32,000 nt of DNA. It comes from Acaryochloris thomasi RCC1774. GTDB lineage: Bacteria > Cyanobacteriota > Cyanobacteriia > Thermosynechococcales > Thermosynechococcaceae. Position numbers and translations under genes: made by a program. Shown piece by piece: positions 9,637 to 17,396 of the stretch. The notes under the pieces were generated by a model. That model did no database searches and had not been told where the DNA came from. It worked only from the letters and a program-made list of their open reading frames with translations. The stretch's first letter is position 1; every line of letters starts with the position of its first letter. Location of the stretch: positions 60,001 to 92,000 of the forward strand of contig NZ_PQWO01000010.1 in NCBI RefSeq assembly GCF_003231495.1, written 5' to 3'.

Positions 9637-10647
9637 TTATCTCGGCTTAACTTTCTGTGGCCGCTGCAACAGTAAAAAGAGCAGGCTCCCGACAATCAAG
9701 AGAATCCCGGCCAGCAGACTCACGGCCAATAACCACAGGGGAATTCTCTTCCTGGCGGGGGTGCAGGGGGGATAAAGAAACCGAAGGCCACCACGGTCGT
9801 CTTCGGTCAGCTTGAGCAGTGGAGCGGGTCGTCCAGCATAACCATTCATAGCCGCATTCGGCTCCAGTGCCGGAGAAGCCTGCAGGCCCTGCGCGGGTTG
9901 TTCACAATTAATTGCGATCTCAGTTGCGGGCGATCGATCGGTATCTAGATTTCGCTCGGGTAGTTCATCAGGGTGGCCGAGCCCCAGAGCATGACCGACT
10001 TCGTGCAGCACCAACGATTGAAAGTGATTACATTCTGGAATCGGCTGTTGAGCGTTGAAAAAGAAGCAGGTTTCAGCGTTAAGAATGATATCTGCGCTGT
10101 TAATGGTGCTCCCACCCTCGGCCTTCTGTCCATTGGTCAGCCTGGGGGGCTTGTTAACAGACCAGTAACTGGTATAGCCGCCCACTTCGCTAACGGCTGG
10201 ATATTCTTGACCGTTGAGAACGAAGAAATCAAGCTCAGCCCCAAAGCCCTGCCAGGGTTCTGGATGATTGGGTGGAGGCAATGCGGGTGTAATAGTTCCA
10301 CTCACGTCAACAAATTTGAGGACGGGATGTTCTTCGGCCCATTGATTCAGCGCGACTTTAAGGGCCGTTTTCACCTGATCACAGTCGGGAGGGTAGGGAT
10401 CTCGAAATTGAGGGACGAGGCGTTCACAGAAATTGGTTGCGATCGCAACCTCCAATCCCTCATCTAAACCCCGCACGCCCTCTGTCACCGAACCCGGTTC
10501 ATAGCTCCAGCGGGCAGCCGTCTCAACCGCCTCTTCCACCGTATTGACCGGCTGATCATCACGTTCTAGTAAAACAAAAGCTTGAGCAGAGGGCACCAGC
10601 CCACCGAACAGCAGCCCGCAAACAACGAACCTACGCAATCGGATCAT
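9637..10647 (-). CDS. secreted, membrane-anchored zinc metalloprotease, metzincin/matrixin (M10)-like
   Basis: 336 aa. N-terminal signal peptide [23 protein letters not shown]. Zinc motif [14 protein letters not shown] (HExxHxxGxxH). C-terminal TM helix [24 protein letters not shown] followed by basic residues. The ATG at 10647 lies 17 nt inside the 3' end of ureA. Confidence 0.8.
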   Translation of the reverse strand: MIRLRRFVVCGLLFGGLVPSAQAFVLLERDDQPVNTVEEAVETAARWSYEPGSVTEGVRGLDEGLEVAIATNFCERLVPQFRDPYPPDCDQVKTALKVALNQWAEEHPVLKFVDVSGTITPALPPPNHPEPWQGFGAELDFFVLNGQEYPAVSEVGGYTSYWSVNKPPRLTNGQKAEGGSTINSADIILNAETCFFFNAQQPIPECNHFQSLVLHEVGHALGLGHPDELPERNLDTDRSPATEIAINCEQPAQGLQASPALEPNAAMNGYAGRPAPLLKLTEDDRGGLRFLYPPCTPARKRIPLWLLAVSLLAGILLIVGSLLFLLLQRPQKVKPR

Positions 10648-10933
10648 GAACCGTCACTAACTTCGTCCCATCCGGGAACGTCGCCTCCACCTGTACCTCA
10701 TGGATCATCTCTGGGATGCCCTCCATCACGTCATCTCGCGTCAGCAATGTAGTCCCATAGCTCATCAGATCCGCCACCGTGCGGCCATCCCGAGCCCCCT
10801 CTAGAATCGCGGCAGACAAATAGGCCACCGCCTCAGGATAGTTGAGCTTTAGTCCCCGATCCTTCCGTCGCTCAGCCAGCAGCGCCGCCGTGAACAGCAT
10901 TAGCTTGTCCTTTTCTTGGGGAGTGAGTTGCAT
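10631..10933 (-). CDS. ureA: urease subunit gamma
   Basis: 100 aa, [35 protein letters not shown], canonical UreA. Confidence 0.95.
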   Translation of the reverse strand: MQLTPQEKDKLMLFTAALLAERRKDRGLKLNYPEAVAYLSAAILEGARDGRTVADLMSYGTTLLTRDDVMEGIPEMIHEVQVEATFPDGTKLVTVHDPIA

Positions 10934-10944
10934 AGATCACCTCA

Positions 10945-11814
10945 TTAGAAGATTTGCCAAACTCTGGGGGGACAGGCCCGACGGTTCCAAGCGGCCTGTC
11001 GAATTAGATTCCATACTTGTGTAAACCATTGTCGGGCCTCTCGACTAGAGTGGCCGCGATAGCGACACAGCATCCCCTGCTGCAGTCGGGTCACGCCTGT
11101 CCCCTGCTGGTTTTGCCCCAGCGTTCGGGCTTGGGCGACGAGTTCCGTCGTCACGGCTTGGCCGACCCAAGCAAAACTGCCGACCACTGGACAACCCGCT
11201 AATCCGTGGGGGCTGTGCCAAGTGTCGGGGCACCCAGGTAACCATTGTCGATCAATCCAGAGCGGACGTCCCTGCCGATAGACTTGGGTTTGCGATCGCC
11301 AGTCACCGGCCACAAAGGTTTCCCCCCTGGCGCTACGGCCAAAACGCGTGATCTCCCAGCCCAGCCAGCTGGCACCAGGACTCAGCTCAACCGTCAGATC
11401 TTGACGATAGATCGCCTGGTTAAACACAATTGTCTCCTGCGGCAGCCACTCTAAGATAGCGTCCGGCTCCACTCGAATCTGGATGGTTTGCCGAGCCTCG
11501 CGGCCATTCGAACGATAAATCTTGTTCGCTGACGCCGTCGTCAAAACAACATGACTGCGGGCCTGAAGCTGAATATCAGTAGAGAGAAGATCTCCTCCGA
11601 CAACACCGCCCGCCGTATGGAGCATGACGCTGTGACAAACCTCTGGTCCCTCAGGGTAAAACGGACGCTGCACTTTTAACGGAGCCTGGGCCCGACAGTG
11701 CTGCACTTTTGTAGCTTCAGCGTCACAGCCATAGATCAGGTGCAGTTGTCCCTGCCACCCCTTAGCGTTAGAGGATGAAGATGAATGTGTGATCACGAGG
11801 TAAACAAAACACAA
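10945..11814 (-). CDS. ureD: urease accessory protein UreD
   Basis: 289 aa. UreD-like W.G.L.L.Y, PLKVQRPFYPEG and MLHTAGGVVGGD. It sits 11 nt upstream of ureA. Start is TTG 11814 or GTG 11796. Confidence 0.85.
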   Translation of the reverse strand: MCFVYLVITHSSSSSNAKGWQGQLHLIYGCDAEATKVQHCRAQAPLKVQRPFYPEGPEVCHSVMLHTAGGVVGGDLLSTDIQLQARSHVVLTTASANKIYRSNGREARQTIQIRVEPDAILEWLPQETIVFNQAIYRQDLTVELSPGASWLGWEITRFGRSARGETFVAGDWRSQTQVYRQGRPLWIDRQWLPGCPDTWHSPHGLAGCPVVGSFAWVGQAVTTELVAQARTLGQNQQGTGVTRLQQGMLCRYRGHSSREARQWFTQVWNLIRQAAWNRRACPPRVWQIF

Positions 11815-11888
11815 TAGTCAAAAGTAGCATTGCAGGTCGCCGTTATCTACGGTCCAGATCGTAGACTCCGCCAACAGAGGGCCTGTGG

Positions 11889-12479
11889 TTACCGAGCAAG
11901 CTGTGCAGCCCACATCATAAAATATGCCGCGATCAAACTCAGAGTCAGGAGCAGCAAAGGATGACCTTTGCCATTGACAGCCAAGAGCGTCATCAGCAAG
12001 ACAGGCACCATTACCCCTAGCTCAATGCCCAAATTTTGGTAGAGCAACGCGTTGCCCCACTGTAAACGTCCAGCACTGGGTAAGAGTCCAAAGGGCAGCT
12101 TGAATAGACGAGGGAACAGAGGCCACAGCAGCGGCAATGGCGTCACCCCGACCAGCAAATCCATCAGTAAGTGAGATGATCCAGCGCAGATAGCCTGCAA
12201 AAGGAGCGACTGGCTGCCGCTCACTCGCCACCATACTCCAGAGGACAAGGGCACCTTCCCCTTTTGATTCAAGAGCAAGAGGCATAATCCCCTTCCCAAC
12301 GGCAGCAAAAGGCTAACGAAAATAGAATGAGTAATCCTGAGACCATTGTGATGACTCGCCTGCAGCGCAGGAATCGCGTAGTCAATATCGGGTGCCAGCG
12401 CCATGACCACCAGCCAGCCGAGCCAAAGGCGTGATGGCTGACGGGGTCGGCCCAACACAGAAATGGTAACAGCCGCCAA
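11889..12479 (-). CDS. membrane-bound metal-dependent hydrolase, YdjM/DUF457-like
   Basis: Multi-TM ORF with the family motifs APDIDY and ITHS. The conserved N-terminal GH (..SSFIGHSL) lies upstream of the first canonical start codon, so the true start is probably further upstream (see findings). Confidence 0.7.
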   Translation of the reverse strand: MAAVTISVLGRPRQPSRLWLGWLVVMALAPDIDYAIPALQASHHNGLRITHSIFVSLLLPLGRGLCLLLLNQKGKVPLSSGVWWRVSGSQSLLLQAICAGSSHLLMDLLVGVTPLPLLWPLFPRLFKLPFGLLPSAGRLQWGNALLYQNLGIELGVMVPVLLMTLLAVNGKGHPLLLLTLSLIAAYFMMWAAQLAR

Positions 12480-12902
12480 ACTATGGCCGATAAAAGAGGA
12501 TATTATCTCAAGCGAGATACAACAAAAAACGCTTTGGTTAGCCGCTGGACCTGCAGACCGATCTCTTTAAGCTAAAGCATGAGGGAGATCGCACACGCTT
12601 TAGCCACCCCTCAGGTCTGGCTCCAATCTTAGGATGTCAGGGCAGGCGACGAGAATGGGTACTCTAAACCTAGAGGAGATAAGCTATTGGGCTATTTTCT
12701 CGACCTTGCGCTTTTTCGAGCCATTCATTCAAATCTACACCTGAGCAGTTCTTCGCCCTTGAGATTCGATGGGATATCTGTGAGGTTCGGCTGTCGTCCA
12801 GTTTTGGGGCGGACAGTTTGAATTGAGTTTTGTTACTACTGAGATCGATTTGCGTCAGGCTTGCGTCTTTTTACTTTAGTCCTGCAGACCCTCATTGCCA
12901 CC

Positions 12903-13319
12903 ATGACTACGGAAACCATAACCTACCAGCAGCTTTGTGATCGGGGACTCAGTGACTATCAAGTTCGTTACCTAACGCAAAGCCTGATTCCCGCGAGCCT
13001 TGAGCAAGGGGTGCATTTTTATCGCCTACGAGATGTAATTGTTGAAGTTCGGCATTATCTGAATTCCAATCGTCTACCGCCACTGCATCGCGAGGCCGTC
13101 AACGACGTATTAGTGTCATTGCTCAACCAGCTAGACAACGTAGTCACTGCACCATTTGGCCTATCTCGAGACCAGCAGATTGGCTTCCATATCCAAAAAG
13201 TGCTGCAGACCCAGCCACGACCAACAGATCCCGCCAGCGTTGTCATGCTGAGCAACAGTTACCCGGAGGTCGTACCCACAGCAGCAACCGATCTCTCCAG
13301 TGGTCAGAACTGCTCTTAA
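12903..13319 (+). CDS. hypothetical protein
   Basis: ORF 12861..13319. ATG 12903 (MTTETITYQQL..) is preferred over TTG 12861. No motif recognised. Its stop overlaps the wecB stop (TTAA). Confidence 0.5.
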   Translation: MTTETITYQQLCDRGLSDYQVRYLTQSLIPASLEQGVHFYRLRDVIVEVRHYLNSNRLPPLHREAVNDVLVSLLNQLDNVVTAPFGLSRDQQIGFHIQKVLQTQPRPTDPASVVMLSNSYPEVVPTAATDLSSGQNCS

Positions 13320-14431
13320 TCTTGAAAGTAATCTTGCACAATCTGGACAATCCGCTCGGCGGCGTGACCATCTCCAAAGGGGTTAACGGCAGTTGCCATG
13401 GTGTCGTAGGTCCCTGAGTCGCCGAGGAGCTGAGCAGCGACTTCTGCAATCTGGGTCGCATCGGTACCAATTAGCCGAGCAGTTCCCGCTTCGACAGCTT
13501 CTGGGCGTTCTGTAGTTTCCCTCAGCACCAGGACAGGCTTACCTAAGCTAGGGGCCTCTTCCTGAAGGCCGCCAGAATCTGTGAGCAAAAGATGGCAGCG
13601 CTGGATCGCGCCAACCAAGTTACCGTAATCAAGGGGTTCTGTGAGAAAGACTCTAGGATGATCGCCTAGCAGAGCCTGCAGGGGTTCTCGGACAGTGGGA
13701 TTCCGATGCAGGGGCAGCACGATGGCAGTGTCGGGAAACTGCTCTAGAATTTTGAGAAACCCTTGGGCAATCTGCTGCAGAGCTGCTCCCCAATTTTCAC
13801 GGCGGTGAACGGTGGCTAGCAATACTCGATACTGATCCCAGTCTAGGTCGGGAATCGAACAGTCAGGACGGGTAACGGCAACTTTCAAAAGGGCATCAAT
13901 GACGGTGTTGCCAGTGTGATGAATGGCTCCGGTGACGCCGGAGCGCTCTAGGTTAGCGACGGCACGGGTCGTGGGCGCAAAGTGAAGCTGGGTGATTTGC
14001 GAAACCAGACGGCGATTGGCTTCTTCAGGGTAGGGATTGAACAGCTCATCGGTTCGCAGTCCAGCTTCAACATGGCCCAGGGGAATTTGCTGGTAGAAGG
14101 CAGCAAGGGCGGCAGCAAAGGCCGTAGTGGTATCGCCCTGAACAATGACAAGGTCGGGCTTGAGATCTTGAAACAGCCCCTGGAGTCCCTGCAAACTGCG
14201 GCATGTGATATCGGAGAGCGTTTGCTTGGCGGACATGATATCTAAGTCATGGTCAGCCTGTAGCTGAAATAGGGTCATGACCTGATCCACCATTTCTCGA
14301 TGCTGGCCCGTAAGGACAACTTGAGTGAGAAAGCGGTCTGAGCTTTGGAACGCCTGAATCACAGGGGCCAACTTGATGGCTTCTGGACGGGTCCCGAGGG
14401 TAATGCAGATCCGAGTGGGGGAATTAGGCAT
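13316..14431 (-). CDS. wecB: UDP-N-acetylglucosamine 2-epimerase (non-hydrolysing)
   Basis: Motifs ICITLGTRPEAIKLAPV, VQGDTTT, HVEAGLRT and PEEANRR. ATG 14431 is preferred over the upstream TTG 14458 used in the ORF track. Confidence 0.9.
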   Translation of the reverse strand: MPNSPTRICITLGTRPEAIKLAPVIQAFQSSDRFLTQVVLTGQHREMVDQVMTLFQLQADHDLDIMSAKQTLSDITCRSLQGLQGLFQDLKPDLVIVQGDTTTAFAAALAAFYQQIPLGHVEAGLRTDELFNPYPEEANRRLVSQITQLHFAPTTRAVANLERSGVTGAIHHTGNTVIDALLKVAVTRPDCSIPDLDWDQYRVLLATVHRRENWGAALQQIAQGFLKILEQFPDTAIVLPLHRNPTVREPLQALLGDHPRVFLTEPLDYGNLVGAIQRCHLLLTDSGGLQEEAPSLGKPVLVLRETTERPEAVEAGTARLIGTDATQIAEVAAQLLGDSGTYDTMATAVNPFGDGHAAERIVQIVQDYFQD

Positions 14432-14495
14432 GAAGGTACGGCAATGGGTGTGACCCAAGGGTAAAGGAGAACGAACCGCTTAATCAACTGGTATA

Positions 14496-14580
14496 GCGGT
14501 ACGCGTATTGGCTAGGACATAAAAATGGCTGAAACCCGTCTGTGCCAAGGAAGGACTGTCTTGACTCAGCCGGGTACTGC
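14496..14580 (+). repeat. 85-bp MITE-like element, copy A (partner at 31731..31815 in inverted orientation)
   Basis: Ungapped alignment to the reverse complement of 31731..31815 gives 75/85 identities. Imperfect terminal inverted repeats are GCGGTACGCG (14496-14505) and CGGGTACTGC (14571-14580), 8/10 complementary. It is flanked by the direct repeat GTATA (14491-14495 and 14581-14585). Confidence 0.75.
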
Positions 14581-14670
14581 GTATACAGCGGCACAGGCAT
14601 CAATGAGGCGACGGAAAGGATCCAAAAGTAAACATGCGAAAGATCAGGCGGTCCTAGCCCAGCTAAAAAC

Positions 14671-14710
14671 AGCCGAGAGGATCGATCTGTCTGGATCAAC
14701 CCTCTCGGCT
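14671..14710. terminator. bidirectional intrinsic terminator candidate
   Basis: Perfect 10-bp stem AGCCGAGAGG (14671-80) / CCTCTCGGCT (14701-10). It is preceded by AAAAAC and followed by ATTTTCTATATTTC. On the minus strand it is followed by GTTTTTAG, about 85 nt after the stop of the 14796..15167 gene. Confidence 0.55.
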
Positions 14711-14795
14711 ATTTTCTATATTTCGCAGATCCCTGCTAACGAAGTGGATGGGGATCAGGCAACTTAGCGGCCCCAGTCAGGCAGACAAAGGGGGA

Positions 14796-15167
14796 TTATA
14801 CGTTGCGATCGCAAGTCAAAGGACAAGCGGCATAAACAGGACTGTGCTGAGGATTCGCCTTGCCATTGAGCCAGCTTAACCAGCGCACCTGATGCGGATG
14901 AATACCCTTGAGCGTCAGCACGGCTGCTCCGGCAATGATCGCCAATACATTCGCTGAGAGGATGCCGCCCGCCACAAGAACCACTGCGCTCATCGGCAGA
15001 ACCGCCTGAAGTGCGATCGCACCCAGTGACCCGAACGTCACCATCAGCACGACCACAGGGAAACCCACCACCAACCAGCAAACCGTCAGGGTGAAGGTCC
15101 AAACCAAGAAACTCTTAACCAGTAGGACCAAAGAGAGCCGTTTTAAATGAGGAGCCTGAGAAAGCAT
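14796..15167 (-). CDS. hypothetical small membrane protein (about 3 TM helices)
   Basis: 123-aa ORF with ATG start and strongly hydrophobic helices. It contains two HIP1 sites and is followed by a terminator hairpin. Confidence 0.6.
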   Translation of the reverse strand: MLSQAPHLKRLSLVLLVKSFLVWTFTLTVCWLVVGFPVVVLMVTFGSLGAIALQAVLPMSAVVLVAGGILSANVLAIIAGAAVLTLKGIHPHQVRWLSWLNGKANPQHSPVYAACPLTCDRNV

Positions 15168-16043
15168 GATATTAAATCCTCCCGCAAAAGTGAATAAAGT
15201 CTAAAACCGTTTGTCGTCAATTCAAGTTTTTTTAGTATATAGAATGATCCCCACCAGTATGGGCTTTGGTTTAACAATATTTACATTTAGATTATCGCTG
15301 ATGACGAATTCTTGAAGCTTATATCTAGCATCCTATAGAGCAAATCGTGAACAAGTCACAAAACCCAAAGATGGGACAAGCCGGTTTACAACGGTCGCAT
15401 CTAATTTTGTTGCTTTGCCCAGAATTGAGGCGCAGGTGAACCCCACAATGCATCGAGCTTCTATAAAGCTGATCCCCACCTCCAGCCTTACAGCTTCCAC
15501 CGGACTGCAGCAGTCTCCATAGAACCATTTTGACAGCTCATCTATACTCAAAAACTAGAGCAAATTGCTAACGTCAACACTTGAGTAATTGAGTATAAAT
15601 CACTACGTCAACAGCAAATAATGATTTAATCTATAGCTTTCTAAAAATGAATATTTAGAATGAGTATTAATAACTATTAGAATCCGCGGAACGATCGCCT
15701 TCCGGCTGGCGATAGCGATACACATCATTGAGTCGGGCATTGCCATAGCTCAAGCTTATTTAGAGTCAGGCAAGGCTGTCCCAACTCAGTTGGGTAAAGC
15801 GATACATCGCTAGCATCACGCAGAGCGAGTCGTCATTTTCCGATCTGCTCGCCCTACTCTGAATAACACCTGAGTCCCCCATCGAGAACCGATATCTCAC
15901 AAAGATCCGGCCTTTGAGAGTCACATCTGTCCCTGAAGCTGTCCACAATTAGGGTATTGGAGTATTCATCCCCATGCCTTAGCTAGATCTGTTAGGTCGA
16001 GTGCCGCGAGATGAATGAGTAACGTTGTTAACGTAGACAGGCT

Positions 16044-17339
16044 ATGACTGATTATCAATCCACCCCTCTGCCACCCCCACCTTTTCAACCGCCCCCAAGC
16101 CCAGAGGTACCCACGCAAGTCAATCCAGAGGCACCCACACAGCTAAGCCCAGCCGACCACCTCACCTCCGCAACTCAAACCATTGGCCTAGCAGCTCCGT
16201 CGGGAACAATCATCAATCCAAGAGATCTCTCAGAGGCCACCCAGGCCATTCCACCCACTCAGCGCTCGAATCCCAGCGGCATCACCCTCAAAAGCCTAGT
16301 ACAGCAGGCTTTCGAGCATAACTTTTCTGATGTTCATCTGGGTGTGGGAGAGGTGCCCCGCTTTCGAGACCGGGGCCGTCTAGAGGCTGCCCAGCATCCC
16401 GTCACAGATGCTGAAACCTTTCAATCTTGGCTCGAAGAGATTCTGACTCCCGAACAGGTTCACCAATTTAATACTGAATTAGAGTACGACGGCGCAACGC
16501 AGTACGACGGCATGGCTCGCGTGCGGATCAACGTCTTTGTCTCCCTCAAAGGTCCGGCCATGGTGCTGCGACTGATCCCTCTGCGGATTCTGACCCTGGA
16601 TGAACTTAACCTCCCCCTTGTTTTCCAAGATCTGTGCCACTACCACAAAGGTCTCATCCTGGTGACCGGCCCCACCGGCTCCGGTAAGTCCACAACGCTA
16701 GCGGCAATGGTGGACTACATCAATAGTGAGATGCCCAAGCACATCATCTCCATTGAAGATCCGGTGGAATTTGTCCACCAAAGCAAGAAGTCGATGATTC
16801 GGCAGCGAGAAGTGGGCATCCATACCCATGAATTTGAAAATGCCCTTAAGGCCTCCCTTCGAGAGGATCCAGACGTGATTTTGATCGGAGAAATGCGCGA
16901 TCGCATCACCGTTAACACAGCCCTCAAAGCAGCACAAACGGGTCACTTGGTGTTTGGAACCCTGCACACCAACAGCGCCGTCAAGACCATTGAGCGGATG
17001 CTGAATATCTTTAAGCCTGAGGAACAGGCTCCCATGCGAGTGCAGGTGGCAGAATCGCTAGTGGGCGTTATTGCTCAGTCATTATTGCGCACCACTGACG
17101 GTAAGCGAGCGGCCATCCATGAAGTGATGATCAATACCGATGCTGTTAAGGACTATATTCTTCGCGGTGACGTCGAAGAGATTGAGGCCATCATTCCTCA
17201 ATGTAACTACGACGGCATGATGACGATGAATCAATGTATCTATCAGCTCTATGAAGAAGGGCGCATTGACGAAGAAACCGCGCTAGAGTCTTCGCCAAAG
17301 CCCAACGAAATGGCACAGATCCTGCGGGGTCGAATCTAG
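16044..17339 (+). CDS. pilT: type IV pilus retraction ATPase, PilT2-like, with a Pro-rich N-terminal extension
   Basis: 431 aa. Walker A GPTGSGKST, Walker B/Asp box DVILIGEMRD, His box GHLVFGTLHTNSA. An approximately 85-aa low-complexity N-terminus carries the repeated PEVPTQVN/PEAPTQLS unit. Confidence 0.9.
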   Translation: MTDYQSTPLPPPPFQPPPSPEVPTQVNPEAPTQLSPADHLTSATQTIGLAAPSGTIINPRDLSEATQAIPPTQRSNPSGITLKSLVQQAFEHNFSDVHLGVGEVPRFRDRGRLEAAQHPVTDAETFQSWLEEILTPEQVHQFNTELEYDGATQYDGMARVRINVFVSLKGPAMVLRLIPLRILTLDELNLPLVFQDLCHYHKGLILVTGPTGSGKSTTLAAMVDYINSEMPKHIISIEDPVEFVHQSKKSMIRQREVGIHTHEFENALKASLREDPDVILIGEMRDRITVNTALKAAQTGHLVFGTLHTNSAVKTIERMLNIFKPEEQAPMRVQVAESLVGVIAQSLLRTTDGKRAAIHEVMINTDAVKDYILRGDVEEIEAIIPQCNYDGMMTMNQCIYQLYEEGRIDEETALESSPKPNEMAQILRGRI

Positions 17340-17396
17340 GCCAACCGCAAGAGGGCTACACTAACGCTAGCCCTTTTCGATCAGCCGAGGATAGTT

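Noticed and set aside
11815-11888. Search for an NtcA box (GTA-N8-TAC) upstream of the urease operon.
   Set aside because: No GTA-N8-TAC match was found in the ureD upstream spacer. Only TAC-N10-GTA and unrelated GTA triplets are present.
14496-14580. The repeated 85-nt element as a known structured RNA (SRP/4.5S RNA, 6S RNA, a glutamine-type riboswitch, Yfr-type sRNAs).
   Set aside because: I could not match the conserved cores I remember for these RNAs. The AAGGAAGG tract is only superficially SRP- or riboswitch-like. Having two copies in opposite orientation relative to the downstream genes argues against a cis-acting leader.
14484-14767. ORFs 14525..14767(+) and 14484..14699(-) overlapping MITE-like element copy A, as possible small proteins.
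   Set aside because: In copy B the + sense frame stops after 7 codons (MAETHLY*). The other frame is open in both copies but has an upstream stop and no start in copy B, and nearly every nucleotide difference changes the amino acid. Both ORFs also run through the terminator hairpin at 14671-14710.
15346-15360. CRP/SYCRP1-like palindrome CGTGA-acaag-TCACA in the pilT upstream gap.
   Set aside because: The spacer is 5 nt rather than the 6 nt of the TGTGA-N6-TCACA consensus, and the first half-site starts with C instead of T.
15325-15551. A Cys-rich 67-aa ORF (8 Cys, GGG tract; 15325..15528-) and the overlapping 72-aa ORF (15333..15551-), considered as a possible RiPP or bacteriocin precursor.
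   Set aside because: Two overlapping frames on the same strand are equally open, which suggests chance. I saw no convincing promoter or RBS, and there is no adjacent maturation, immunity or export gene. It is noted only as part of the AT-rich gap finding.
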